Below are positions 1-11,011 of a stretch of 64,000 nucleotides of DNA, in pieces (position 1 is the stretch's first letter; each line of letters starts with the position of its first letter). The position numbers were made by a program, and so were the translations under genes. The notes under the pieces are model-generated. The model searched no databases. It was not told the origin of the DNA and saw only the letters and a list, made by a program, of their open reading frames with translations. The DNA is from Candidatus Kaiserbacteria bacterium RIFOXYB1_FULL_46_14 (GTDB lineage: Bacteria; Patescibacteriota; Minisyncoccia; Phycocordibacterales; UBA918): NCBI GenBank assembly GCA_001783525.1, contig MFMS01000002.1:121791-185790 (forward strand), in the 5' to 3' direction.

Positions 1-89
1 TATTTGGGGCTACTATACACTTATAGTCCCCCATCGCCTAACAGTGTAGCACATATTGACTAAAAAGTCAATATATAAAAAAGCCCCTC

Positions 90-737
90 TTAGAGGGCTT
101 TTTTAGAGGACAAAGTAGCTTCTACGATGAAGCGGTCTTCCTTGGCACCGAAGCTATTGCACGTCACAAGAGTTAGCTTATGCTCATCGCCGCCAGTTTT
201 GACGTTTACCTCACTTGCTTCTGCTTTATAAACGCGATCTACCTTGTAAATATACTCGGTGTCACCGCTCTTTACGCGAATGGTGTCTCCCCAGTTGAGA
301 TTTTGGATACCGTTGAAGGCCTGGAAGTTTTTATTGAAGACATTCTTGAGATAACTAGAGTGACCGAGGATAAGAATGTTACCCGTGCTAGTTAGATCGT
401 CGGAGTCTGGGTGACGAATGACTCCCTTCAGAAGAGCGTTGTCTAGCTCAGAAATAACATTCGAAGTAGGGTTTAAGACAACTACGGTGCGATCGAGGGC
501 GTCTATGGTAATAGAAACCGGCAATGGATCAGCGTTTTCCGATGGTATCGCTGGTTGCTCCTCGATAACTTCAGGTGAAGGTGAGGCAGTCTCAATCGGT
601 TTTACCGTATTCGTAACTGGTTCTGGAACAAAATCAACGAAGTAAAGAAAACTGTATCCCAAGGTCATTACGACAAAGAAAACGGCTAGAAAAGCGCCAG
701 AACGCGGCAATATTTCGTTGAGTAGCTTGGAAAACAT
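90..737 (-). CDS. Sortase family transpeptidase, membrane anchored
   Basis: N-terminal TM helix, Pro/Glu-rich linker, conserved His (ILGHS) and catalytic Cys in the TLVTCN motif (sortase TLxTC signature). Confidence 0.8.
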   Translation of the reverse strand: MFSKLLNEILPRSGAFLAVFFVVMTLGYSFLYFVDFVPEPVTNTVKPIETASPSPEVIEEQPAIPSENADPLPVSITIDALDRTVVVLNPTSNVISELDNALLKGVIRHPDSDDLTSTGNILILGHSSYLKNVFNKNFQAFNGIQNLNWGDTIRVKSGDTEYIYKVDRVYKAEASEVNVKTGGDEHKLTLVTCNSFGAKEDRFIVEATLSSKKAL

Positions 738-858
738 AGAATTTATAGTGCCTTTATACTACACGAAAATACCGCTTTGTCAAGTTTACCCGGCACCTAT
801 CTTGCAGTAGCGTTGTTTATAGCTTTAGTCACACGCTGTGTCCAGGCAGGTATGGAGG

Positions 859-887
859 TTGACAAATCTCTAAAATTATGCATTATA
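859..887 (+). promoter_or_regulatory. sigma70-type promoter TTGACA-17 bp-ATTATA, about 25 nt upstream of ATG 912
   Basis: -35 TTGACA at 859-864, 17-bp spacer, -10 ATTATA at 882-887; it lies inside the 5' part of ORF 777..1700, which argues that the real start is the ATG at 912. Confidence 0.5.
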
Positions 888-911
888 TCGCCATTAATTG
901 TCATTAGATTT

Positions 912-1700
912 ATGAACGATCAGATAGAAAAAAAGGAAGAAACGCTGGCTGACTGGACACTTTCGAATATTTTGGCCGCTGTTGGGTTTGTTGTACTCGT
1001 TATTTTGCTGGCTTGGCTAGCAATTCAGTTTGTACGTATGATTCCTTCGGCTTGGAATTCTTTGGCTGATGTTTTTGAATCAAATCAACGTGCACTAGAA
1101 GAGCGTACTGCCTCCAAAGACGACGAGACAAATGAAGATACTGATAAAGAAGATGATGGGTCGGTCGTAGTTGTTGATACAGATGAAGACTTTATTGATG
1201 ATGAAGAAACTGAAGTTGAAACGACCGATAATACCGACACAGTCGCAACCACCTCAGCTCCCTCAGTAAAGCCTAAGCCAACCACGCCAACTACCCCACA
1301 GTACCGGACGGTAACTACCTATGTAGTACCAACTTCTAATCCAAATGGCTATACCGATCTCGAAGTCTCTTTTGTAGCCATTGGCAAAATGACAAACGAC
1401 GAGCGTTTTGTTCCTAGCGCTTCCCTTTCTACAGAAGAGCATGGTGCAATGCAGTTTAGAGTCAAGAACATTGGTACTAAGACTTCGAATGCTTGGCACT
1501 TCGCCGCTGAATTACCTAATGGTGGAGAATTTAATTCGGTTGTTCAGAATCCATTGAAACCAGGTGAGGTGGCAACTTTGACCATTTCCTTTATGACCGA
1601 TCGAAAAGACGGCAATCGTACCCTTGGTGCGAGCGTGAACGTAGATGGTGATATAAACACTGCCAATAACGGCTTCCGTGCAACTGTTAACATTCGTTAA
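912..1700 (+). CDS. Membrane-anchored surface protein: N-terminal TM, acidic Asp/Glu-rich linker, Thr/Pro-rich stalk, C-terminal CARDB-like beta-sandwich domain (alternative start 777)
   Basis: Hydrophobic helix AAVGFVVLVILLAWLAI; DDETNEDTDKEDD acidic tract; PKPTTPTTP; C-terminal ...VNVDGDINTANNGF resembles the end of CARDB domains. No LPXTG motif. Confidence 0.5.
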   Translation: MNDQIEKKEETLADWTLSNILAAVGFVVLVILLAWLAIQFVRMIPSAWNSLADVFESNQRALEERTASKDDETNEDTDKEDDGSVVVVDTDEDFIDDEETEVETTDNTDTVATTSAPSVKPKPTTPTTPQYRTVTTYVVPTSNPNGYTDLEVSFVAIGKMTNDERFVPSASLSTEEHGAMQFRVKNIGTKTSNAWHFAAELPNGGEFNSVVQNPLKPGEVATLTISFMTDRKDGNRTLGASVNVDGDINTANNGFRATVNIR

Positions 1701-1720
1701 TTGATTGCTGGAGTGGAGAT

Positions 1721-1759
1721 AGAAAAAGCGCTGACCCTGAAGGGTCAGCGCTTTTTCTA
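1721..1759. terminator. Bidirectional intrinsic terminator between convergent genes
   Basis: AAAAAGCGCTGACCC-TGAA-GGGTCAGCGCTTTTT, with an A-tract before and a T-tract after. Confidence 0.8.
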
Positions 1760-1773
1760 TTATTCAGATTTGC

Positions 1774-3867
<2,094 letters not shown>

Positions 3868-4006
3868 TTAACGTGTATATTATAGCATATTTAGCTTATT
3901 TCTGCTGTTTTGAAAGGACTCATATTGAGGATTGTAGAAAGGCCTTGTTTCTTTGCAATTTTGTATTTTAAATGCCATATTTGTGACCAGAAAAGGAGAT
4001 CTGGAA

Positions 4007-4432
4007 ATGAAACAATTTGTGATCGTCCACACATCAGTGCTGACAAAAAGCCTTGTCGTTGTGAGGGCAGGGACAGCCGTCGACGCTAATCTCAGATTTG
4101 AACCGGTCGCTGATAAGTGCCCCTTTGAATACGCCTTGGCGGAAGTTAAAATAGCCATCCGCGTGCAGGAACGCTTCATTAGCTCGTACGGGGACACGGT
4201 GATCGCAATTTACGATCAACAAAGCGTACTGCGCGCCTATAATATGGCGGCAGAAAAATTCGGTGCGATGCATCTGGAGGTGTTTCAGATCATGGCAACG
4301 AGTGATCATTTGGGGTTGCAGAGAATCGAGATCAAAGACCTACCTGCACCCAAGGTGCAGGTAGTGCCCTATCGACCGGCCGATACTGGCTCGCTCGCAA
4401 TGGCGAGAAAGGCGGCGATTTCCGCTAAGTGA
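4007..4432 (+). CDS. Hypothetical protein (141 aa)
   Basis: ATG at 4007 preceded by AAAAGGAG 8 nt upstream; followed by an intrinsic terminator. No recognisable family. Confidence 0.55.
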   Translation: MKQFVIVHTSVLTKSLVVVRAGTAVDANLRFEPVADKCPFEYALAEVKIAIRVQERFISSYGDTVIAIYDQQSVLRAYNMAAEKFGAMHLEVFQIMATSDHLGLQRIEIKDLPAPKVQVVPYRPADTGSLAMARKAAISAK

Positions 4433-4444
4433 AGGAGTTTGGCC

Positions 4445-4477
4445 CGACGTTTGCTACGCAAACGTCGGACATTTTTG
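4445..4477 (+). terminator. Intrinsic terminator
   Basis: CCGACGTTTGC-TAC-GCAAACGTCGG followed by ACATTTTTGT. Confidence 0.75.
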
Positions 4478-4548
4478 TACTTATGCACCTAAATTACTTT
4501 TGCTCCCAGTTTGTAGGTGTAGGATTAAAAGCAGGAAAGGAACAGCAG

Positions 4549-4689
4549 ATGAAAACGCAACAGCATAGGCCACAAGAGGAAAGCCGCTGGATTATGCAGG
4601 AGCAGATCCAGCAAATGGGGGCGCAAACTAATCCTCCTCCGCAGAAAAAGGAAGAGGAAAACAAAAAGAATGAGGGACAAGCTGCCTAA
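4549..4689 (+). CDS. Possible small Lys/Glu/Gln-rich protein (46 aa)
   Basis: ATG preceded by AGGAAAGGAACAGCAG; lies between two terminators. Low-complexity sequence, so weak. Confidence 0.2.
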   Translation: MKTQQHRPQEESRWIMQEQIQQMGAQTNPPPQKKEEENKKNEGQAA

Positions 4690-4717
4690 CCGCACTGCCC
4701 CTCATTTTTATTTTCTC

Positions 4718-6607
4718 TTAGCGTACTTCGAAGCCCTTCTCTTGAATGGCTTTATAAACACCATCCATTATAGAGTTGATCTCAACGTCAGTCAGGGTGC
4801 GGTCGTTGGACTGGAAAACAATACGGAAAGCGTAAGAGGTACGACCGTCTTTTTCAAATCGATCGAACAATGTGATGCGAGCGCATAATGGGCCAGATGT
4901 TTCCTTTAGTATCGAGGTGATCTCGTCCTCTTTATCATTGGCGTCTGCCCACATTGCGATATCGCGAGCGATGGCCGGATAGGTAGAAAAGGGATGGTAG
5001 GTGACATCGTGTGGCTTCTCTCGGTCTTGATAATTAGATACTGAAGGTAATTGGTCAATCAACGCACCTAGGTTTATCTCAAGTACGCCATTCTCACTCT
5101 CTGCTTCGATGGTTTGCTGAAGCGCGTCACCAAGAGACTTAAGTGCCGCTGCTAGTGTCGGGTCGTCCAATTTTGCTTTGTAACCGGATGGACTTTGTAC
5201 ACCAAGCGAAAGCATAAGGTGTTCGCCTGAGGAATTAAACACTGTGCCGATTTCGAAAAGACAAATCTGTCGGAGTCCGAGCAGGTCAGCGTTTGGAGCA
5301 TTCTTCTGCAAGGCGTCTTTGACGTTTTCTCTGAGAGAACTGCGCAAGTAGCCTTTGTCTGAAGCTAGAGCATTAGCGATCTTGATTTCGTCTTTGGCAC
5401 GGAATGAGCTGGTGAAGATTTCAGAAAAACCCTGCGAAATAAGCGCGTCACGTACTAATTCTGAGTAATAAAAACGCTTGTTGATCACTGTTAGGGGTGT
5501 TGTCTCAGGAGTGACCGCAGTGACGTGTTGGTAGCCATAGATACGACCGACTTCTTCTATTACATCCTCCGGAATAGTGAGGTCAGTACGTTCAAATGGC
5601 GGCGTTATCTCAAATTCTTCACCAGTCGTTTTATATTGCCAGTTGAAGCGGTCGAAAATGGAGGAAACAGCGTCGGTAGTAAGTGAGACGCCAAGTACGC
5701 TGTTTATTTTAGAAAGTGTAACGCTGACTGTTTTTGTTGCGGTAGTACCCTTAGTAACCTCACTAAAGCCTTTAACTTCCCCACCGGCAATTTCGATAAT
5801 CAAATCAACTACGGCGCGTAAGCCATAAGGCACCATTTCAGGTACAATCCCGTTTTCATAACGAGCAGACGCATCGGTACGCAATTTTAGCCGTTGGCCT
5901 GTCTTTCTTGTTGTTATCGGATTCCAGTTAGCAACTTCGACTATTACTTCGCTCGTGTCGTCACTGATCCCCGAGTGTTGACCACCTTTAAGACCAGCGA
6001 CGCTCAATATTTCGTTATTATCATTTCGAGCAATGATTGTGTCGTCGTTTGTGAAGGTGTATTCGATCCCGTCTAGTCCGGTTAGTTTTTCACCAACGCG
6101 AGCATGACGAACCTTGAAGCCCTCTGCTCCAACTTGTTTGGCATCAAAGGCGTGCGATGGTTGTCCTAAGTCGAACATTACGTAATTGCTGGCATCAACG
6201 ATGTTGTTGATGCTGCGTTGACCGATTGCTTGCAGAGCAGTCTTTAGCCATTCAGGTGAAGGACCTACTTTGACACCAGAAATGTGTGCGGCCGCAAAAC
6301 GCCGACAATTATCACTGTCTAAGGTGATGTTTATTGTTGGACCCGTCTCGAGCGCTGGTGCCTTTGTTAAAGGATCATTATTAAGCGGTAGATTCAAAAT
6401 TACCGATAAGTCTTTGGCTATTCCACGGTGAGAAAGTCCCCACATCGATTTGTCAGGCAGTACCTTTACATCAAGTACGGTGTCGCCTTCGATTTTTTCT
6501 ACGTCTTCTATTTCCCAAGCATGAAAGGTAAAAGCCTCAGCCGCCGCCTCAGGCGGAGGTAGTTTGCCGTCAAAATATTTATTTAGCCAGTTATAGGAAA
6601 CTTTCAT
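4718..6607 (-). CDS. pheT: Phenylalanine--tRNA ligase beta subunit (short form, 629 aa)
   Basis: Canonical MKVSYNWLNKYF N-terminus, B3/B4 and FDX-ACB-like C-terminus. The N-terminal tRNA-binding OB (B2) segment appears to be absent. Confidence 0.9.
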   Translation of the reverse strand: MKVSYNWLNKYFDGKLPPPEAAAEAFTFHAWEIEDVEKIEGDTVLDVKVLPDKSMWGLSHRGIAKDLSVILNLPLNNDPLTKAPALETGPTINITLDSDNCRRFAAAHISGVKVGPSPEWLKTALQAIGQRSINNIVDASNYVMFDLGQPSHAFDAKQVGAEGFKVRHARVGEKLTGLDGIEYTFTNDDTIIARNDNNEILSVAGLKGGQHSGISDDTSEVIVEVANWNPITTRKTGQRLKLRTDASARYENGIVPEMVPYGLRAVVDLIIEIAGGEVKGFSEVTKGTTATKTVSVTLSKINSVLGVSLTTDAVSSIFDRFNWQYKTTGEEFEITPPFERTDLTIPEDVIEEVGRIYGYQHVTAVTPETTPLTVINKRFYYSELVRDALISQGFSEIFTSSFRAKDEIKIANALASDKGYLRSSLRENVKDALQKNAPNADLLGLRQICLFEIGTVFNSSGEHLMLSLGVQSPSGYKAKLDDPTLAAALKSLGDALQQTIEAESENGVLEINLGALIDQLPSVSNYQDREKPHDVTYHPFSTYPAIARDIAMWADANDKEDEITSILKETSGPLCARITLFDRFEKDGRTSYAFRIVFQSNDRTLTDVEINSIMDGVYKAIQEKGFEVR

Positions 6608-6608
6608 A

Positions 6609-7328
6609 TCAAAACTGATTTACCACACGAAGATCGCCAGTGTAGAAAAGTCGTACATCATCAACACCGTATTTCATCATTGCCAAACGATCCATGCCCA
6701 TACCAAAGGCAAAACCTTGATAGACAGTCGGATCAATACCAGCATTTCTAAGTACGTTTGGATGCACCATTCCGGCACCCATGATTTCGATCCAGCGACC
6801 GCGAAGCTTTAGAGGCGCATCATCTCCGGTAAGTCGCATATCTACCTCAACACCAGGCTCCACGAATGGAAAGAAGCTAGGACGAAGACGTACTTCCGTC
6901 TTTCCCCCAAAGAAACGAGAAAAGAAAAACTCCAAGGTTCCCTTCAAATGACCCAGTGAGACATCCTTATCAACCATCAGACCTTCTAGTTGGTAAAACT
7001 GTGCCTCGTGTGTGGCGTCGGTCGCTTCGTTACGGAATACCTTGCCTGGGACGATGATGCGAATCGGTGGCTGGTGGTCTTTCATATGACGCACTTGCAC
7101 CGGAGAAGTGTGTGTACGAAGCACGTTGTCGGGCTTGTCTTCTATGTAGAAAGTGTCCTGCATATCACGCGATGGGTGATCTTTAGGAACATTGAGAAGA
7201 TCAAAGTTATAAGCAATTTCTTCCAGCTCTGGACCTTCAACAAATACGAAACCAAGCTCGGCAAAGATGGAGTTCACCTCGGCCATTATTTGTGTCAACG
7301 GATGTTTGTGTCCGGGTTTTGGATTCAT
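6609..7328 (-). CDS. pheS: Phenylalanine--tRNA ligase alpha subunit (catalytic core only, 239 aa)
   Basis: Class II motifs (FDLLNVPKDHPSRDMQDTFY; GFAFGMGMDRLAMM); begins at the equivalent of about residue 100 of E. coli PheS. Confidence 0.9.
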   Translation of the reverse strand: MNPKPGHKHPLTQIMAEVNSIFAELGFVFVEGPELEEIAYNFDLLNVPKDHPSRDMQDTFYIEDKPDNVLRTHTSPVQVRHMKDHQPPIRIIVPGKVFRNEATDATHEAQFYQLEGLMVDKDVSLGHLKGTLEFFFSRFFGGKTEVRLRPSFFPFVEPGVEVDMRLTGDDAPLKLRGRWIEIMGAGMVHPNVLRNAGIDPTVYQGFAFGMGMDRLAMMKYGVDDVRLFYTGDLRVVNQF

Positions 7329-7330
7329 AA

Positions 7331-8473
7331 TTAAAACCAGTTTTGGCTGATGTTGATTTGGTAGATTACCTTGCCATCATAAGCATAGACCGAGCTACCG
7401 ATAACACGGAAAGAAAGATCCTTTCCTAGTAGTAACGGTTGTCGATTTTGCCAAGAGCGATCATCTATTTCTGTGACATAGATACCACTTTTTGTGGCAA
7501 TAATAACTAGATCAACACTGTTTGGAAAGAAATCAAAATGTGAAATAGCTTCACCTTTGTTATCAATCAAAATGACCGGGTCGCAGGTAACTTCATCGGG
7601 TATCTCTTGTACTGGCAAGTCTAGTTCGTTTGTTTCTGCGGTTTTTTCTAAGGTGCCATAAGCGAGAGCTAGGTTACGCTTGGTAGAAGCGGTAGAGGTG
7701 GCTGTTGCGCCCTCCCAGCGTGGAAAATCTTCAGCACAGTAGTAGTACGGCATCTCTTCGCGATTGCCTATAAATGAAGCGTACACCTCATCATCTTGCT
7801 GATATAAGCGAACGCCGCGCCATTCTTTCGTGGTGGTAGCGGTCGAAGTAGCGCTTTCCCCTGTTAGGTTGGATCGTGCGCGATCTAGTACGCTCTCTTC
7901 CTTAACCTCTGGTGATTCAAATTCTTTAAGCAGTTGTGCGTACTCTTGATTCATAACCAGAGTGGTTGTAGAGGCTCGTGGTTCAAAAAGTATCTGATTG
8001 GTGCTGGAGGCACCGTCTAAGATGTCAGAGGTGGATGTTAAAACCGCAACACCAGCTTGCGTCTGCCACTTTGTAATCAAACGGACCTTTGGTACAAGCG
8101 GTAGGTTGAAGGCTTGTGCCTCCGTGACAATATGAGGGTAAACAGGCAATTCTTTTACCCAAGTGTGGTGATCAGCTTTTTGTACGTACACCTTGTGTGT
8201 CATTGCGTCCAAGCCTTGTGCGTAAAAAGCCCGACGGAAAATACGGGTCTCGCGCACTAGTTCATCGTCGATGAAAATCTGTGCGCCAGAGCGCTCAGTC
8301 GCAACGTAGATTCCTCCGGTGGAAACGAGATTTCCGCCAATACCAATAGAGGACAAACGGTAACCAGTAGCGTAAAGAAACAGAAAAGGCAAAGATAAAA
8401 CAAAAATGCCTAACAATAAGTAGAAAAACAAAAAGCGATGTCGATATGAAAGAGGTTGTACTTGTGGAGACAT
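7331..8473 (-). CDS. Membrane-anchored protein with PEGA-like domain (hypothetical)
   Basis: N-terminal TM helix; the segment GGIYVATERSGAQIFIDDELVRETRIF...KVYVQKADHHTW resembles a PEGA domain; 2-nt gap to pheS. Confidence 0.4.
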   Translation of the reverse strand: MSPQVQPLSYRHRFLFFYLLLGIFVLSLPFLFLYATGYRLSSIGIGGNLVSTGGIYVATERSGAQIFIDDELVRETRIFRRAFYAQGLDAMTHKVYVQKADHHTWVKELPVYPHIVTEAQAFNLPLVPKVRLITKWQTQAGVAVLTSTSDILDGASSTNQILFEPRASTTTLVMNQEYAQLLKEFESPEVKEESVLDRARSNLTGESATSTATTTKEWRGVRLYQQDDEVYASFIGNREEMPYYYCAEDFPRWEGATATSTASTKRNLALAYGTLEKTAETNELDLPVQEIPDEVTCDPVILIDNKGEAISHFDFFPNSVDLVIIATKSGIYVTEIDDRSWQNRQPLLLGKDLSFRVIGSSVYAYDGKVIYQINISQNWF

Positions 8474-8550
8474 AAAGTTAGGGTTTTAGGATCAGGGTTT
8501 ATGGTGTTTAGTACGGTGACGAAGTCATCGTACTACTAGTCCTTCAACCC

Positions 8551-10110
8551 TCATTCCTTCGGACGCGTCTTTGGTGTTACCCAGAATCCCATATAACGAC
8601 CAAACATCAATCGTGTTTGCGCATCTAGTCCTGGCAAGGCGCTAAAGACGATCATTGTAAATGGCACCAGTAGCCACTGCACTGCCATCACGACATAAGC
8701 AAATCGTGAACTGTCGGTTGGTCGTTTCGGTGATAGTGAGAGTGAAATTATTGACGAGATGACAAGGCCAAACATCGCCAATATCAACAAGTTTCTGACT
8801 ACAATTGGCAAGTTATAGGATAGCACGGTCTCGTGAAAGACGCGGCCACCTAAAAATATCGGCGCCCAACCAAGTACAAACAACATTATCGGGTTGGTAA
8901 CCAGCGACCAGTAGCCTTCGGCTTGCTGAAGTATCACTTTGACACGCTTACCAAAGGAAATGTTTTTATTTTTTGTGAAGTGGTAGCCAATATAGACAAA
9001 ATTCTCCACACCGTAAGTCCAACGACGGTGTTGTTTGTAGATATTCTTTACGGTATCAAAAAGATTATCGCCCACGTTGGCATCCATCGAGACTGGATAC
9101 GAAAGCGGTATTACGTCGTACTCCCCGTTGTTGGCAATCATTAAGTTCCAGTAAATACGGGAGTCTTCACTCACCATGTTTCTCTGCCAGTAATTTACTT
9201 CATAGAGTGCCTTGAACGACGCTGAGTGTGAAGAAAATGTAGCCATTCGTTCTGGTCGCTCTTGTTGAACCATTTCCCAGAAGGTTGAGGACATAGCAAC
9301 GACACGCGAAAGTGCGCCAGCCTCCCAAAGATTGTTATTGAAAAGTGGTACCGGTTGGAAAGAGCTCTTGAGGGGACGCTCGGCTGTTAGGAAGTGCCAA
9401 ACGAGACAGTTGAAATAGTCTGGATACAGCACAGTATCGATATCGAAGTTTGATACGATTATATCTTCGTAAGGAATCTTCTTAGGATCGATAACTTTCT
9501 TGCGCACCTCCTCAATAGCATAAGAAACGTTGGAGCCTTTACCAGCCATTTCACCAGGCAGGTTAGCCGGATGAACAACGATTTCGAATCCGCCGAATTC
9601 TTTACTGAAGCGCTCACTCATCTTTGTAGCAATCTGTAAGGCAGATTCGCCGGCGCGCTCCTCCACTGCTAAAACGACTGTAAGCTTTTCTTTATTATAG
9701 TTAATTCGCGCAAGTGACTCTAGAGTCGCTTCAACTACCTCCTGTGGTTCTTTGTAGAATGGAAAGATTACGAGATGGTGTAGATGATCGTATTCAAACC
9801 GGTTTATTAACTCTTGCCAGTCGAGCGACATATGGTGACGCAGACGACGCCAGTTATGACGAAGGTGGTAAGACAAAAAGGCAGTCTTCAGTACCCAGAA
9901 AATCGAAAAGGCGATAATGAAATAGGCCGCCAAAAACGGTCGATAGATCGACAGAAGTACGACCCCGATCAAAGTCGTCCAAGATGCTAGACCCGGCAGT
10001 ATTTCTAATATACGATAAAGCAAGCGGCCGCCGCCTGAGAGTTCGGTGGCGCGACCGACATGAAAATCAGGTCGCCTAGCGTAGGGTAAAAGGTGAGCGT
10101 TATCCTCCAT
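8551..10110 (-). CDS. Family 2 glycosyltransferase, processive polysaccharide-synthase type (membrane-embedded)
   Basis: N- and C-terminal TM helices flanking a GT-A domain with D,D,D and the QHRRW (QxxRW) motif, as in cellulose/chitin/hyaluronan synthase-like enzymes. Confidence 0.75.
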   Translation of the reverse strand: MEDNAHLLPYARRPDFHVGRATELSGGGRLLYRILEILPGLASWTTLIGVVLLSIYRPFLAAYFIIAFSIFWVLKTAFLSYHLRHNWRRLRHHMSLDWQELINRFEYDHLHHLVIFPFYKEPQEVVEATLESLARINYNKEKLTVVLAVEERAGESALQIATKMSERFSKEFGGFEIVVHPANLPGEMAGKGSNVSYAIEEVRKKVIDPKKIPYEDIIVSNFDIDTVLYPDYFNCLVWHFLTAERPLKSSFQPVPLFNNNLWEAGALSRVVAMSSTFWEMVQQERPERMATFSSHSASFKALYEVNYWQRNMVSEDSRIYWNLMIANNGEYDVIPLSYPVSMDANVGDNLFDTVKNIYKQHRRWTYGVENFVYIGYHFTKNKNISFGKRVKVILQQAEGYWSLVTNPIMLFVLGWAPIFLGGRVFHETVLSYNLPIVVRNLLILAMFGLVISSIISLSLSPKRPTDSSRFAYVVMAVQWLLVPFTMIVFSALPGLDAQTRLMFGRYMGFWVTPKTRPKE

Positions 10111-10217
10111 ATTTCAAGGTAAATATACCCCTGTGAGCCGTTTTCTGCAAAGAAATGGCTTTGTTTGATAAATAGCGCTTAAGTCTCTTAATATTAAGTC
10201 AGTTCTGATTCGAGGAT

Positions 10218-10748
10218 TCAACAACCAGTAGCAAACGGGCCGTTTCCATAATAAATAGCGTTTATTCCGCTGCATTGACCATTACTGATAGCTACGCAAC
10301 GACCCATGGGTATCATGTGAGAAGGAAAATCCTTCATATTCTCAGGAGTACGGTAAATCAATATGCAGTACGAGGCACCAGAAGATGTGCTTTCACTACG
10401 GTAAAGATAGCCTGCGTCGCTTGTGCCACCTATAGGATCCTTCATTCCGGCAGGTAGATACGGAGCCAGGGCAGTCGCTAGGTTTGCCGCAGACGGATTA
10501 GTAATAGCATTATTAGAATAAGCGGGGGAATCAAATGATGTCCAGCCTGTGGCCATTATAGGATAGTGGCCGTTGTCCAAACTATACATTTCCAAGGCAT
10601 TTCTTATTTGGCCCATATCGGCCATACGTCTCGCGTCTCGAGATTTTACGCGTGCACTGTTTAAACTTGCCATCACCACAGAAGCGAGAATGCCAATAAT
10701 TGCGATGACGACCAATAGTTCAATGAGGGTGAAACCCTGCCGATACAT
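10218..10748 (-). CDS. Type IV pilin / pseudopilin (prepilin-type N-terminal cleavage and methylation domain)
   Basis: MYRQ-G/FTLIELLVVIAIIGILA with Glu+5; C-terminal Cys pair. The ATG at 10748 is preferred over the ORF-track start. Confidence 0.85.
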   Translation of the reverse strand: MYRQGFTLIELLVVIAIIGILASVVMASLNSARVKSRDARRMADMGQIRNALEMYSLDNGHYPIMATGWTSFDSPAYSNNAITNPSAANLATALAPYLPAGMKDPIGGTSDAGYLYRSESTSSGASYCILIYRTPENMKDFPSHMIPMGRCVAISNGQCSGINAIYYGNGPFATGC

Positions 10749-10866
10749 TTGTTTATTAGAACACAAATAAAAATGTGATATTGCGAATAAATGTGTATAA
10801 CCCTAAATAAAAAATGCAGTAGCCTAACACTAAACCATAACGTTTCTAATGATGTTCAAAAATATG

Positions 10867-10940
10867 AGCCGCCTCTCGGATTCGAACCGAGGACCTACGG
10901 TTTACAAAACCGTTGCTCTAACCATCTGAGCTAAGGCGGC
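10867..10940 (-). tRNA. tRNA-Thr (anticodon UGU)
   Basis: Reverse complement gives GCCGCCTTAGCTCAGATGGTTAGAGCAACGGTTT-TGT-AAACCGTAGGTCCTCGGTTCGAATCCGAGAGGCGGCT; cloverleaf with a 7-bp acceptor stem; no encoded CCA. Confidence 0.85.
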
Positions 10941-11011
10941 GCTTCAACGCTATTATTGCTGAAAAAACCAGTAAATGCAACGCTATATGTGGGCAGACCG
11001 GTTTAAAGTCA

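Noticed and set aside
1085-1285. Ser/Thr-rich minus-strand ORF and other antisense ORFs (e.g. 180..395, 1807..2219, 20585..21097, 24703..25095, 56639..57067)
   Set aside because: These are shadow ORFs lying antisense to well-supported genes. Their low-complexity sequences mirror the acidic or repetitive tracts of the sense gene.
3953-4432. Longer model of the hypothetical gene starting at 3953, and the overlapping minus-strand ORFs 3880..4197 and 4034..4309
   Set aside because: The ATG at 4007 has a well-spaced AAAAGGAG SD, while the upstream codons lie in the gyrB promoter region. The antisense ORFs lack ribosome-binding sites and overlap the better-supported gene.
10767-11011. Integration hotspot or mobile element next to tRNA-Thr
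   Set aside because: No integrase, direct repeats of the tRNA 3' end, or compositional shift were seen. The flanks are AT-rich promoter regions for the pilin gene and a small membrane-protein gene.
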